From: an uncultured Chloroflexia bacterium
GTDB lineage: Bacteria; Chloroflexota; Limnocylindria; Limnocylindrales; CSP1-4
DNA length: 64,000 bases
Reading direction: 5' to 3'
Assembly (NCBI GenBank): GCA_963707215.1
Contig: CAVPPB010000003.1
Coordinates: 1,344,001-1,408,000 of the forward strand
This document shows, in pieces, positions 10,859-21,141 of this stretch. How positions within the stretch are numbered: position 1 is the first letter of the stretch; each line of letters starts with the position of its first letter. A model generated the notes under the pieces. That model ran no database searches. It worked only from the letters and a program-made list of their open reading frames with translations, and had not been told where the DNA came from. A program made the position numbers and the translations under genes.

Positions 10859-11014
10859 GATGGGGCGCCTCCAGTGCCGGGATGGTCGTCGGATGCAGGT
10901 ACGAACGCCGCGGTCCGGCGGATCGCGAGCCGCGAAGCTAGCGGGCCCGGCGGGGAGCGCGCCGTGGATCGGCCCTGAGCGTTCCGCCGTCCCCGGGCGA
11001 CATCGATCCGAGCG

Positions 11015-12793
11015 TCACTCCCACTCGATCGTGGCCGGTGGCTTGCTGCTGATGTCGTAGACGACCCGGTTGACCCCCGGGACCTCGTTGACGATCCGCG
11101 AGCTGATCTTGCCCAGGACGTCGTAGGGCACCTTGGCCCAATCGGCTGTCATCCCGTCTTCCGAGGTCACGGCCCGGATGGCCACGACGTTGGCGTAGGT
11201 CCGGCCGTCGCCCATGACCCCGACGCTGCGGACCGGGGTGAGGATCGCGAAGGACTGCCAGAGGCTTCGGTACAGGCCGGCCGCCTTCACCTCGTCGATC
11301 ACGATCCAGTCGGCCTCGCGGAGCGTGTCGAGCCGCTCGGCGGTGACCTCGCCGATGATCCGGATGGCCAGGCCGGGGCCCGGGAAGGGCTGACGGAGGA
11401 CCATCGCCTCGGGCAGGCGCAGCTCCAATCCGACGGCGCGGACCTCGTCTTTGAACAGGTAGCGGAGCGGCTCGATGAGCTTGAACCGCAGGTCCGCCGG
11501 AAGACCGCCGACATTGTGGTGGGTCTTGATCTTCTGGGCCGTCTTCGTCTCGGGTGCCGTCGATTCGATGACGTCCGGGTAGAGGGTCCCCTGGGTCAGG
11601 AAATCGATCCGCCCCAGCTTCGCAGCCTCTTCTTCGAAGACCCGGATGAACTCGTCGCCGATGATCCGCCGCTTCTGCTCGGGGTCGACGATCCCGGCCA
11701 GACGGGCCAGGAAGCGCTCGCGAGCGTCCACCATGACGAGGCGCATCCCGAGGTTCTGTTCGAAGGTGACCCGGAGCAGCTCCGACTCCTTCTTGCGCAT
11801 CAGGCCGTGGTCGACGTAGATGCAGGTCAACCGGTCGCCGACAGCCTGGTGGACCAGCGTCGCCGCGACGGCCGAGTCCACGCCGCCCGAGAGCGCGCAA
11901 ATGACGCGTCCGTCGGACCCGGTCGCGGCAGCGTGCGCGTCCACCCGCTCGCGGATCTCGGCGACGGTCGTCTCGATGAAGTCGGTGGCGGTCCAGGTCG
12001 GCGGGATGTCGGCGATGCCATTGACGAAGTTGCGGAGCAGCTCCCGGCCCCGCGGGGTGTGGACCACCTCGGGGTGGAACTGGATGCCGTACAACCCGCG
12101 CTCCGGGGCGGCCAGGCCGGCATACGGCGTGGAGTCCGTCTGGGCGGTCGCGTGGAACCCCTCGGGCAGCCGGGTGATCGAATCGCCGTGGCTCATCCAG
12201 ACCGGCTGGTCGCGGTCGAGGCCGGCGAACAGCCCGTCATCGCGGGTGACGGTGACGGTCGCCGGGCCGTACTCGCGCTTGGCGGTCGGCATCACGTCGC
12301 CACCGAGCTCGATGGCCATGAGCTGGGCGCCGTAGCAGATGCCCAGCACCGGCAGGCGGCCGCTCCAGAGCGCCGGGTCCGATCGGGGCGCGCCTTCGTC
12401 GTAGACCGAGTTCGGGCCGCCCGAGAGGATCACCGCCCGCACCCCACGGCGCTCGAGCTCGGCCACCGGGGTGTCGTGGGGCAGCAGCTCCGAGTAGACG
12501 TTGAGCTCGCGGACGCGGCGGGCGATGAGCTGGCTGAACTGGCTGCCGAAGTCCAGGACGGCGACGCTGGCCCGTTCCTCGGCGAGCGGCGCCATGGGCG
12601 GCCGGTCGGCCGTCGAGCGCTCCGGCGGCGGGGCCTTGAGGGCGGTCTCGAGGTAGGCCTCGACCTCCGCGTCGTCGGGCGCCAGGACCCGGTGGCCGGC
12701 GTTGGCCGGCTCACCGTGGACCGTCTTGCCGCGGTCGCCCGGTGGGCCGGCGGGTCGGTCCGCGGACTGCTGTGACTCCTCGGTCTCGGCCAA
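11015..12793 (-). CDS. guaA: GMP synthase (glutamine-hydrolysing)
   Basis: [38 protein letters not shown]; TTG start at 12793 with AGGAGG RBS. Confidence 0.97.
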   Translation of the reverse strand: MAETEESQQSADRPAGPPGDRGKTVHGEPANAGHRVLAPDDAEVEAYLETALKAPPPERSTADRPPMAPLAEERASVAVLDFGSQFSQLIARRVRELNVYSELLPHDTPVAELERRGVRAVILSGGPNSVYDEGAPRSDPALWSGRLPVLGICYGAQLMAIELGGDVMPTAKREYGPATVTVTRDDGLFAGLDRDQPVWMSHGDSITRLPEGFHATAQTDSTPYAGLAAPERGLYGIQFHPEVVHTPRGRELLRNFVNGIADIPPTWTATDFIETTVAEIRERVDAHAAATGSDGRVICALSGGVDSAVAATLVHQAVGDRLTCIYVDHGLMRKKESELLRVTFEQNLGMRLVMVDARERFLARLAGIVDPEQKRRIIGDEFIRVFEEEAAKLGRIDFLTQGTLYPDVIESTAPETKTAQKIKTHHNVGGLPADLRFKLIEPLRYLFKDEVRAVGLELRLPEAMVLRQPFPGPGLAIRIIGEVTAERLDTLREADWIVIDEVKAAGLYRSLWQSFAILTPVRSVGVMGDGRTYANVVAIRAVTSEDGMTADWAKVPYDVLGKISSRIVNEVPGVNRVVYDISSKPPATIEWE

Positions 12794-12861
12794 CGGCCCC
12801 TCCTGGCGTGCGTTCGCACAGAGTCTACCGGCCGAGGAGGCCAAGGGAGACGAGGGCAGGG

Positions 12862-13212
12862 TCAGGCGCCCGCTGGCCGCAAACGGAAGGCGGGACCGCG
12901 CCCCAGCCCCTCCGACGGCGTGCCGTAGCGGAGGATCAGGGCCGTGACCGCCCGCGCGGCCTCGACCGTGTCCAGCGGCTCGGCGACCGCCTCCCAGGTC
13001 CGCTCGCCGACCGTGACGGTGCAATGAGGATGGGCCTCGAGGTTGCGGGCCCAGTCGGCCTTGGGGCCGCCGGCCGCCACGAGCAGGCTTCCGTCGGACT
13101 CCTCGACGAAGCCGACGGCCGCCGGGATCTCCCGGCCGCTGACGCGGCCCCGGGTCACGATCCGGGCGACCTTCCCCCAGCCGACCAGCTGGGTACCGAT
13201 CTCGTCCGTCAG
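12862..13212 (-). CDS. Nitroreductase family deazaflavin (F420)-dependent oxidoreductase-like protein
   Basis: TRGRVSG and ADWARNL.AHP motifs; start uncertain (CTG at 13212 overlapping the guaB stop, or GTG at 13158). Confidence 0.72.
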   Translation of the reverse strand: MTDEIGTQLVGWGKVARIVTRGRVSGREIPAAVGFVEESDGSLLVAAGGPKADWARNLEAHPHCTVTVGERTWEAVAEPLDTVEAARAVTALILRYGTPSEGLGRGPAFRLRPAGA

Positions 13213-14387
13213 CGGCCTCGCTGCCAGGACTTGCCCTCGGTGGCGACCGACGGGGCGTAGACCATCTCGACACGCTGCATCTCGGCGATCGTCCGGGCGC
13301 CGAGGGCGGCCATCGACTGGCGCAGCGCCCCGACGAGGTTCTCCGAGCCATCGGTCACCCCGGCCGGCCCGAAGAGGACCCGCTCCAGCGGCCCGCCGGT
13401 CCCGACCTTGATCCGGGTCCCGCGCGGCAGCACCGGCGAGGGCGCGGCCATGCCCCAGTTGGTGCCCTGGCCGGGTGCCTCCTCGGCCCGCGCGAGCGGC
13501 GAGCCGAGCATGACCGCGTCGGCACCGGCGGCGATGGCCTTGGCGATCTCGCCACCGTGGCGCATCCCGCCGTCGGCGACGACGGGGACGTACCGGCCGG
13601 TCTCGGCGAGGTAGACGTCGCGGGCCCCGGCCACGTCGCTCACGGCGCTCACCTGGGGCACCCCGATGCCCAGGACCTCGCGGGTCGTGCAGGCGGCCCC
13701 CGGGCCGACGCCGACGAACACGGCAGCGGCCCCCTGCTCCATCAGGGCGAAGGCGGCCTCGGCGTTGGTCGTGTTGCCGACGGCGACCGGGATGGGCATC
13801 CGGGCGGTGAACTCGGCCAGCTCCAGCGGCTCGTACCCGGAGGCGAGATGGCGGGCGCTCGAGACCTGCGACTGGACGAGGAACAGGTCTGCGCCCTGCT
13901 CGGCGCAGAAGGTGCCCCAGCGGAGGGCGGCTCCGGGGGTCGCTGCGAGGAAGGCTGGCGAGCCGCCGGCGTGGAGCTCCTCGATCCGACGGGTGACGAG
14001 CTCCTCGCGGATCGGCGCCTGGTAGGCGTCGGCCAGGACGTCGTGGACCTCGGCGTCGGGGGCGGAGGCGATCCTGGCCAGCACGGCTGACGGGTCGTCG
14101 TAGCGAGTCTGGACGCCCTCGAGGTTGAGGACCGCCAGGCCACCCAGCCTGGCAAGCTCACCGGCCAGGCGAACGTCCACCGCGGCGTCCATCGCCGCAC
14201 CGATGAAGGGGATGGCCAGCGGGAGGCCACAGAAGGTCTGGGCCAGGTCGACGTCCGAGGGCTCGACCGTGCTGGTGCCGGGCGCCAGCGACACGTCGTC
14301 GAACCCGTAGGTCGGGCGGATGCCATCCACCTTCGAGCGGAAGGTCCGCCGGGCCGCAGCCGTCGCGGCCTGGGACTGGTCGAGCAA
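13209..14387 (-). CDS. guaB3: GuaB3 family IMP dehydrogenase-related protein
   Basis: [26 protein letters not shown] catalytic Cys loop, ADGG, MLGS; no CBS domains. Confidence 0.9.
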   Translation of the reverse strand: MLDQSQAATAAARRTFRSKVDGIRPTYGFDDVSLAPGTSTVEPSDVDLAQTFCGLPLAIPFIGAAMDAAVDVRLAGELARLGGLAVLNLEGVQTRYDDPSAVLARIASAPDAEVHDVLADAYQAPIREELVTRRIEELHAGGSPAFLAATPGAALRWGTFCAEQGADLFLVQSQVSSARHLASGYEPLELAEFTARMPIPVAVGNTTNAEAAFALMEQGAAAVFVGVGPGAACTTREVLGIGVPQVSAVSDVAGARDVYLAETGRYVPVVADGGMRHGGEIAKAIAAGADAVMLGSPLARAEEAPGQGTNWGMAAPSPVLPRGTRIKVGTGGPLERVLFGPAGVTDGSENLVGALRQSMAALGARTIAEMQRVEMVYAPSVATEGKSWQRGR

Positions 14388-14463
14388 TGCGGGCCCTCCT
14401 CCGCGCTGTGCCGGGATGGGCCGAGTCTACCGCGCGAGGGCGCCCGGCGATTGGCAGCGCGGG

Positions 14464-14964
14464 TCAGCGGACGACGCGCTCGCCGTCGAGCGTCGTCTCG
14501 AGCCAGCGCGCTCGCTCGACGTCCAGCGGGATAGCAGCCACCCGTTCGATCGCCTCGCGGTAGGCCGGCCAGACGGCCAGCCGGACCGCCTCGCCCGGAT
14601 CGGCCCAGCGCGCCGCGTCGTGCTCGTCGGAGATCCGCGGCTCGACCCCCGCGCGGACCCAGGCGGCGAAGACCACCTCGGCCAGGACCGCGTCGACCCC
14701 GGGCCAGTGGAACATGCTCACGAGGTCGAGGTCGTAGAAGGTCGTGACCTCATCGGGCCCGAAGCCCGTCTCCTCGGCCAGCTCGCGGACGGCGGCCGCG
14801 GCCACTCGCTCGCCCGGCTCGATCGAGCCGGTCACGCACTGCCAGAGCCCGGCCAGCTGGCGGCCCGGACCGCGGCGAAGGAGGAGGATCTCGGTCGTCG
14901 AGGGATCGGTCGGATCCGGCACCCGGAAGACCCAGACGGCGACGAGGTCGGGGCGGAGCGGCAT
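14464..14964 (-). CDS. NUDIX hydrolase (NudB-like)
   Basis: WQCVTGSIEPGE...AAVRELAEETG Nudix box and SDEH. Confidence 0.85.
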   Translation of the reverse strand: MPLRPDLVAVWVFRVPDPTDPSTTEILLLRRGPGRQLAGLWQCVTGSIEPGERVAAAAVRELAEETGFGPDEVTTFYDLDLVSMFHWPGVDAVLAEVVFAAWVRAGVEPRISDEHDAARWADPGEAVRLAVWPAYREAIERVAAIPLDVERARWLETTLDGERVVR

Positions 14965-15587
14965 CAGTCGCTTGCCGCGGCGACCGCGGGCGGTCCGTTC
15001 GACGATGCCGCCGCCAGCCGGGACTCGATCGCCTCGAGCTGCTCCAGGTGCATGAGGTCGTGGACGCCGGCGAAGAGGAGCCACTCGCCGCAGCGCAGCC
15101 GACCCACCAGCGGATGATCAAGCGGGCACGGGTCGGTCTCGTGGCCGGCCACCGAGCGGGCGGCCCGGGTGACGATCCGCTGGCTCGTCGCGAGGTGGGC
15201 GAGGATCGAGGCCCGGTCGGCATCGGCCCGGCCCGGCACACCGGGGACGACCGTCGGGGCCTCGGCCGGGAAGCGGCCCTGGGCGGCCAGTGAGGCGGCC
15301 ATCGCCAGGCCGGCCCGGGCGTCGGCGTCGTGGCCGAGCGCCTCGGTGACGCTCCAGTCCGCCTCGCCGCCCGGCAGCCCGAACGCCTCGTCCGGCAGCG
15401 CCTCGACGACCTCGGCCAGGGCCTGGGCCACGGCGGCGAGCTGGCCGGCCAAGCCCGGCGCGGTCCCCTCCCCCGCCCGGCGGCGGACCTCGCGCCGGAG
15501 TCCGATCGGTCGACCCTCCTCGAGCGCCCGCCAGCAGGCCACGACGTCCGGGGCCGTCGACTCGAGAGCCGCCATCCGGTCGTTCAT
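14964..15587 (-). CDS. DinB family protein
   Basis: WSVTEALGH, HPLVG and HDLMHLEQL motifs. Confidence 0.8.
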   Translation of the reverse strand: MNDRMAALESTAPDVVACWRALEEGRPIGLRREVRRRAGEGTAPGLAGQLAAVAQALAEVVEALPDEAFGLPGGEADWSVTEALGHDADARAGLAMAASLAAQGRFPAEAPTVVPGVPGRADADRASILAHLATSQRIVTRAARSVAGHETDPCPLDHPLVGRLRCGEWLLFAGVHDLMHLEQLEAIESRLAAASSNGPPAVAAASD

Positions 15588-15674
15588 GGCTCCAGCCTAC
15601 GCGAGCCCGTCGGGGCACGTGAGGGCCGGTCGGCATCGGACGGCGGGCGCGGCCCGGGTGATAATCCCGGCACG

Positions 15675-16517
15675 ATGTCGAGCGAGCCGTTCCGCTACCC
15701 GGACCTCATGGGCCGACTTCGCAGCGAGGGGCTCGTGCGGGTCTTCACCCACGGGCGCGGCGGCCCGCTGACCTTCCTGCTCGTGCTGGGGACCGGCATC
15801 CTGGCCGTCCCGCTGTCGGCGCCGTTGCTCGCCGTCGCCTACGCGGCAGCCTGCGCCCTCCTCTACATCCCCATCGTTCGCGGGGCGATGACGGACCCGG
15901 CCATCCAGCGGGAGCTCCTGACCCAGGCGATCGCCGAGCGCTTCCCGGCCGACGACATCGCCACCCCATCACGTCGGTCGGCCGTCGAGTCGTCGGTGGG
16001 GATCCTGGCCGAGATCGCCCTGCGCATCCACGAGGTCGAGCGTGGCGGGCCCACGGCTGCCCGGGCGCGTGCCGCGTTCGCCGATGCCGCCGGCCTGGTG
16101 GACCTCCAGCGCGAGTCGGCCCTCCAGGCGGAATCGCTCGAGCGCGTGCTGGCCATCGTCGAGCGCAACGACCCCGCGGACGCGGCGTCTACCCGAGGGA
16201 AGGCGGACGCGGAGACCGCGTCGCCGGCCCAGCGGCTGCGCCAGCAGAACATCGATGCCGTGCGTGGGGAGGCCACAGCCGCCGACGAGCTCATCGTGAC
16301 CATCGGCCAGCGCCTGGAGACCATCCTCCTCCAGACGTCGCAGATCGACCGGGAGACCATCGACATCGTGCGAACCGACGAAGCTGTCCGCGAATCGGGC
16401 GAGGCCGTGCAGCGCCTCCAGGACGTCGTGGAGTCGCGGCGTCGCGCCGCCGACCGCCTCATCTCGGTGCTCGGCACCGAGGACGAGGCCGGCACCCTCG
16501 ATCGGGTCGGGTCGTGA
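15675..16517 (+). CDS. Hypothetical protein with two TM helices and a cytoplasmic coiled-coil (XpaC-like architecture)
   Basis: Two hydrophobic segments then a long helical region; first gene of the vWA-PspA-AAA operon; GATAAT 9 nt upstream. Confidence 0.7.
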   Translation: MSSEPFRYPDLMGRLRSEGLVRVFTHGRGGPLTFLLVLGTGILAVPLSAPLLAVAYAAACALLYIPIVRGAMTDPAIQRELLTQAIAERFPADDIATPSRRSAVESSVGILAEIALRIHEVERGGPTAARARAAFADAAGLVDLQRESALQAESLERVLAIVERNDPADAASTRGKADAETASPAQRLRQQNIDAVRGEATAADELIVTIGQRLETILLQTSQIDRETIDIVRTDEAVRESGEAVQRLQDVVESRRRAADRLISVLGTEDEAGTLDRVGS

Positions 16518-16545
16518 CGACCCGCTCCAGCGAAAGGACGGACCC

Positions 16546-18345
16546 ATGAACCGGAACCGCTCCCTGTGGATCTGGGGTGCCGCGATCCTGCTGGTCATCT
16601 TCGTCTTCGCCGCCGTGATCGGCCGGCTGGTGGATTCGGCCGACGTCGGCGAGCCCGGGGCGACCGATGGCGCTGCCGCGAGCAGCGGCCCGACGACCCC
16701 GCCGAACGCCGTCGGCATCTCGATCGTCAGCTCAAACACCAAGGAGGCCTGGCTGCACCAGGCCGTCGAGGCCTTCAATGCCGCGGCGCCCGGCGACCCG
16801 GACCTCCAGGTGGACGGCAAGCCGATCTTCGTGACCATCGTCCAGGAGGAGGTCGACGGCAAGGTCGCCGACTACCGCTCGGGCACCATGGTCGCCGACA
16901 CCCTGAGCGGCAAGATCGAGCCGACGATCCTGTCGCCGGGCGAGGAATCCTGGGTCCAGAAGTTCGAGCGCGACTGGGAGAGCGCCAAGGGCGGCGACCC
17001 GGTCTCCGAGGCCCAGCCGCCGATCCTCGTCCGGACCCCGCTCGTCGTCGCCATGTGGCAGTCCCGCGCCGAGGCGCTGGGCTGCTGGCCGACCCCCGGC
17101 CCGGACTGCACCTGGGCCCGCCTCGGCGCCCTGGCCAGCGATCCGGAAGGCTGGGGCTCGGTCGGCGAACCCCAGTGGAAGAAGTTCAAGTTCGGCTACG
17201 GCTACTTCGGCGAGTCCAACTCGGGCACGCTGGCGACCGTGGCCATGTGCATGACCGCCCTGGGCAAGACCGAGGGACTCGTCGTCGCCGACGTCAGCTC
17301 CGACAACGCCTGCGGTGAGTTCATCCACGAGATCGAGAAGGCCAAGGTCCACAGCGGCAAGTCGGACGTCTTCCTGCTCGACCAGATGGAGACCGGCGGG
17401 CCCGAGTACCTCGACGGGGTCGTGACCTACGAGTCGAACGTCATCGCCCGCAACCGGGCGGTCGGCGACCAGCTGCGCGAGCCGCTCGTCTCGTTCTACC
17501 CGCAGGACGGCACCGTCGTCGTCGGGCACCCCTTCGCCATCCTCGACGGCGCTCCCTGGGTCAGCGACGAGCAGGCCCGGGCCGCCCAGGCCTTCGGCGA
17601 CTACCTGCTCTCGGACGAGCAGCAGCGGGCGGTCCTGGAGCTCGGGCTCCGGCCGGCCGACGCCGACACGGCCCTGGGCTCGCCGATCGAGCTCGGCAAC
17701 GGCGCCAACCCCGAGGCGACGCTGCTCGCCTTGACGTTGCCGGACACGCTGACGATCGAGCGCGTCGGCGAGGCCTGGCAGGACGTCCGCAAGCATGCGG
17801 TCATCGCCATCGTCTTCGACAAGTCGGGAAGCATGTCGGGCGGCAAGATCACCGCCGCCGTGAAGGGCGCCCAGGAGTTCGTCCGCAAGATGAGCCCCCA
17901 GGACGAGCTGCTCTGGATCCCCTTCGACGAGCAGGTCTACCCGGGCGTCCGGGGCACCAAGGCGGCGGTCGGCGAGGACCTCATCGGGGACATCGCGGCG
18001 ACCGTCGCCGACGGCGGGACGGCCCTCTACGACGCCATCCTGCTGGCTCGCGACGAGCTCGAGGAGCGTCGGTCGGAGACGGGCGATACGGTACGCTACG
18101 GCATCGTGGTGCTCTCCGACGGACAGGACCAGAACAGCGTCCGGACCCTGTCCGAGCTGGAGTCGGCCCTGGCCACCACCGAGGCGGACCCGACCGGCAT
18201 CCAGATCCACACCATCGGCATCGGCGAGGACGCGGACACGCCGACGCTGAAGAAGATCGCCCAGGCCGCCCACGGGCGGTTCTGGCAGCCGAAGAGCGAG
18301 GCGGACGTGGTCACCGTCTACAAGGACATCGCCGCGTACTTCTAG
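16546..18345 (+). CDS. Membrane-anchored solute-binding domain plus vWA domain protein
   Basis: N-terminal TM; SBP-like SNSG, YES and YP.DGT motifs; vWA MIDAS DKSGS, GGTALYDA, LSDG. Confidence 0.88.
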   Translation: MNRNRSLWIWGAAILLVIFVFAAVIGRLVDSADVGEPGATDGAAASSGPTTPPNAVGISIVSSNTKEAWLHQAVEAFNAAAPGDPDLQVDGKPIFVTIVQEEVDGKVADYRSGTMVADTLSGKIEPTILSPGEESWVQKFERDWESAKGGDPVSEAQPPILVRTPLVVAMWQSRAEALGCWPTPGPDCTWARLGALASDPEGWGSVGEPQWKKFKFGYGYFGESNSGTLATVAMCMTALGKTEGLVVADVSSDNACGEFIHEIEKAKVHSGKSDVFLLDQMETGGPEYLDGVVTYESNVIARNRAVGDQLREPLVSFYPQDGTVVVGHPFAILDGAPWVSDEQARAAQAFGDYLLSDEQQRAVLELGLRPADADTALGSPIELGNGANPEATLLALTLPDTLTIERVGEAWQDVRKHAVIAIVFDKSGSMSGGKITAAVKGAQEFVRKMSPQDELLWIPFDEQVYPGVRGTKAAVGEDLIGDIAATVADGGTALYDAILLARDELEERRSETGDTVRYGIVVLSDGQDQNSVRTLSELESALATTEADPTGIQIHTIGIGEDADTPTLKKIAQAAHGRFWQPKSEADVVTVYKDIAAYF

Positions 18346-18409
18346 GACATCGTCCGGCCGCCGGGCGGGTCGCCGCCCGGACGTCGGGCGCAGGAGCTGA
18401 GGGACGGGC

Positions 18410-19273
18410 ATGGGACGCTTCTTCGCCGCCATCCGGCGCTGGTTCGACTACTTCTTCCTGCGTCGCAGCGAGGACGTCCGCAACGCCGCCGATCGGCAGT
18501 TCACCGGCTCCGTGGAGGGCATCCAGGCGGCCTACGCGGTCGACCGTGACCGGCTCTCCAAGGACTTCCGCAGCCTCCAGGAGGCGGTCGCCCAGGTCCT
18601 GACGATCGCCGAGGACAAGAAGATCCAGCTCGAGCGGCTCGGCACCGAGGAGGGGCAGCTCCAGCTCCAGCTCAACGGGGCCATCAACGCCGCCGAGAAG
18701 GCCCAGGCCGACGGCGACGCCGACGGCTTCGCCCAGGCCAAGGCCGCCTATGTCCGCTACCAGGCCCGGATGACCCAGATCGACGCCGACCAGGAGCGCC
18801 TGACCACCGAGGTGGGGAACCTCGAGGCGAGCATGAAGACCCACATGTCCCGCCTGACCGCCTTCCAGGCGGAGCTTGACCGGCTGCCCCGCGAGGAGGC
18901 CGAGACGATCGCCGAGTACGTCTCGGCCAAGCAGGTCATCGAGCTCAACAACCGCCTGATGAACGCCTACGACAGCCTCCAGGAAGGGCCGTCGAGCGTC
19001 GTCCGGGCGGAGGTTCGGAAGATGTCCGCCCAGGCCCGGATCACCGAGCAGCTCGCCGGCACCGACGTCAAGCTGCAGGACCAGCAGTACGCTCAGCTGG
19101 GTCGGGAGCTCGCTGGCGAGGATTCGCTCGAGGCCGTGCTGGCCGCCCGGCGAGCCGAGCGGGAGGGGCCGACCGCCGAGGCGGTCGCCGAGCGGGAGGC
19201 ACCCGCGGTCGATGCGGCCCCGCCGGCCGATGCCGCGGACGGACCGCCACCGCCCGAGCGCCCCCGGATCTGA
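18410..19273 (+). CDS. PspA/IM30 (ESCRT-III superfamily)-like coiled-coil protein
   Basis: Amphipathic aromatic N-helix MGRFFAAIRRWFDYFF, long helical hairpin, and a C-terminal pattern (RAEVRKMSAQAR...LEAVLA) like PspA helices 4-5. Confidence 0.65.
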   Translation: MGRFFAAIRRWFDYFFLRRSEDVRNAADRQFTGSVEGIQAAYAVDRDRLSKDFRSLQEAVAQVLTIAEDKKIQLERLGTEEGQLQLQLNGAINAAEKAQADGDADGFAQAKAAYVRYQARMTQIDADQERLTTEVGNLEASMKTHMSRLTAFQAELDRLPREEAETIAEYVSAKQVIELNNRLMNAYDSLQEGPSSVVRAEVRKMSAQARITEQLAGTDVKLQDQQYAQLGRELAGEDSLEAVLAARRAEREGPTAEAVAEREAPAVDAAPPADAADGPPPPERPRI

Positions 19274-19296
19274 CGGCACCCGGACCGACGATCCGC

Positions 19297-21132
19297 GTGG
19301 CCGGCAAGCAGGCAGGCCGAGGCAGCGACGAGCGCCGTCCCGGCTTCATCGAGGAGCTCTCGCGGGCCCACTACGCTCGCCTGGCCCGCTGCATCGTCCT
19401 CAGCGGCAACACCAACGACCTCTTCCCCGTCGGGCCGGCCGATGCTTCGCGCTACGTCAGCCTGGAGGCCGTCCTGGCCGATGCCTTCGGGCGAGCCCGC
19501 TACCCGCGCCGCGGCGGCGAGGTCCCGTTCGTCGTCCTGACGCTCAAGGCCGGCGGCATCGTCTTCGCCAGCGACGCGGACCGGGCGGCCATCGCGGCCA
19601 TCGGCACGGCCGCCGGCGATCGCCATCCCGGGCTGGCACGGGACGTCGCCACGTTCCTGCGCGAGGTCACCAGGGAGCGGGCCGCGTCGCTCGTCACCCT
19701 CACCCTGGTCGCCGAGCTGATGCGGCTCGTCAGCCGGGCTCGCGAGGCCGGCATCCCGGTCCGCCCGGTCGCCGCGATCATCGACCACGCCGAGGCGCTG
19801 CTGCCGGCCGGTGACCTGGCCCGCCTCGCCCCGGTCGACCGCGAGGCCATCACGATCTTCAGCGACCTGCTGCGCGACGACGCGATCTGGGCCGAGGCCG
19901 CGACGGCCGATGCCTACCCCGACGTCGTCCTGCTCATCGCCCCGACCGTCGCCGAGCTCTCGACGCGCATCGCCGAGCTGCCCAAGACGGCCCGGGTCGA
20001 GGTCCCTCGACCCGACGAAGCGCTCCGGCGGTCATTCGTCGACGACCGGTTGGCCGCGCTCGGGCCGGGCGTGGCCGGGCTCGGCGAGGACTACCCGGTG
20101 GAGGGGCTCGTTCGGGACGCCAAGGGCCTGACGCTGCGCGACCTCGACGACCTGCTCACCGCCGCCCAGCGCTCGCCCGAGCAGTTCCGGATCGACCGCG
20201 ACGCAGTCGTCGCCATCGTCAACCGCACCCTCCAGGAGCGGCTCGGCTCGATCATCACGGTGGTCTACCCGGAGCACTCGATGGCCGACGTGGTCGGCTT
20301 CGCTGCCCTGAAGCGGCGCCTCGGCAGGCTCCGCCGCCGCTTCGACGATCCGGAGCGAGCGCCGGCCGGCATCACCGTCGTGGGTCCCAACGGCGCCGGC
20401 AAGACGTTCATCCTGGAGGCCTTCGCCCGGGACACCGACCGCACGGTCATCACCCTCGGCCAGATCCGCTCGGAGTGGTACGGCCGGACCGACGTCTTCG
20501 CCGAGGCCTTCAGCTCGGGCCTGGCAGCCTTCGGCCGGATCCTCGTCGTCGTCGACGAGGCCCACGTCGCGTTCGGCTCGATGCATGACCGCCAGACCCA
20601 CGAGACCGAGGCACGGCTGGCCAGCCACATGATCCGGATGATCGACGACCTGCCGAACCGCAGCCGGATCGTCTGGGCTCTCATCACGACCCGGCCGGAC
20701 CTGCTGGACCCGGACTTCGTTCGCGCCGGCCGCTGTTCCCTGTTCGTCCCCATCTTCGACCCGGAAGGCGACGATGCGTCCGCCTTCGTCGACCTGATGG
20801 CCGGGCGGCTCCTGCGCAGCGGGGTCCGCCTGACCCCGGAGGAGCGCGCCCTCCTCGAGGAGCGGTCGGCCGGCTTCTCGGCCGGCGACTACCGGGAGTT
20901 CGCCGACGACTTCGCCGACGAGCGCGATTTCGACCCTGGCGTCTCGCTGGCTACCTACCTCGACGGCTGGACGCCGAGCTCGGTCGCCCTGGGTGTCCAG
21001 CGCGAGCTCCAGATCCTCCTCGCCGCGCTGCACTGCGACTGGCCGGAACTCCTGCCGGAGCGGCTGCGGGGCCGCTCGAAGGCGGCCATCCAGGAAGGGA
21101 TCGACCGGCTGCGGAGCGTGCTGGCGCCCTGA
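19297..21132 (+). CDS. Classic-clade AAA+ ATPase (probably degenerate D1 plus active D2)
   Basis: Walker A GPNGAGKT, pore loop SEWYG, Walker B VVVDE, sensor-1 TTRPD, SRH DPDFVRAGR; N-terminal IIDHAE degenerate module. Confidence 0.88.
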   Translation: MAGKQAGRGSDERRPGFIEELSRAHYARLARCIVLSGNTNDLFPVGPADASRYVSLEAVLADAFGRARYPRRGGEVPFVVLTLKAGGIVFASDADRAAIAAIGTAAGDRHPGLARDVATFLREVTRERAASLVTLTLVAELMRLVSRAREAGIPVRPVAAIIDHAEALLPAGDLARLAPVDREAITIFSDLLRDDAIWAEAATADAYPDVVLLIAPTVAELSTRIAELPKTARVEVPRPDEALRRSFVDDRLAALGPGVAGLGEDYPVEGLVRDAKGLTLRDLDDLLTAAQRSPEQFRIDRDAVVAIVNRTLQERLGSIITVVYPEHSMADVVGFAALKRRLGRLRRRFDDPERAPAGITVVGPNGAGKTFILEAFARDTDRTVITLGQIRSEWYGRTDVFAEAFSSGLAAFGRILVVVDEAHVAFGSMHDRQTHETEARLASHMIRMIDDLPNRSRIVWALITTRPDLLDPDFVRAGRCSLFVPIFDPEGDDASAFVDLMAGRLLRSGVRLTPEERALLEERSAGFSAGDYREFADDFADERDFDPGVSLATYLDGWTPSSVALGVQRELQILLAALHCDWPELLPERLRGRSKAAIQEGIDRLRSVLAP

Positions 21133-21141
21133 CGGGTCGGC

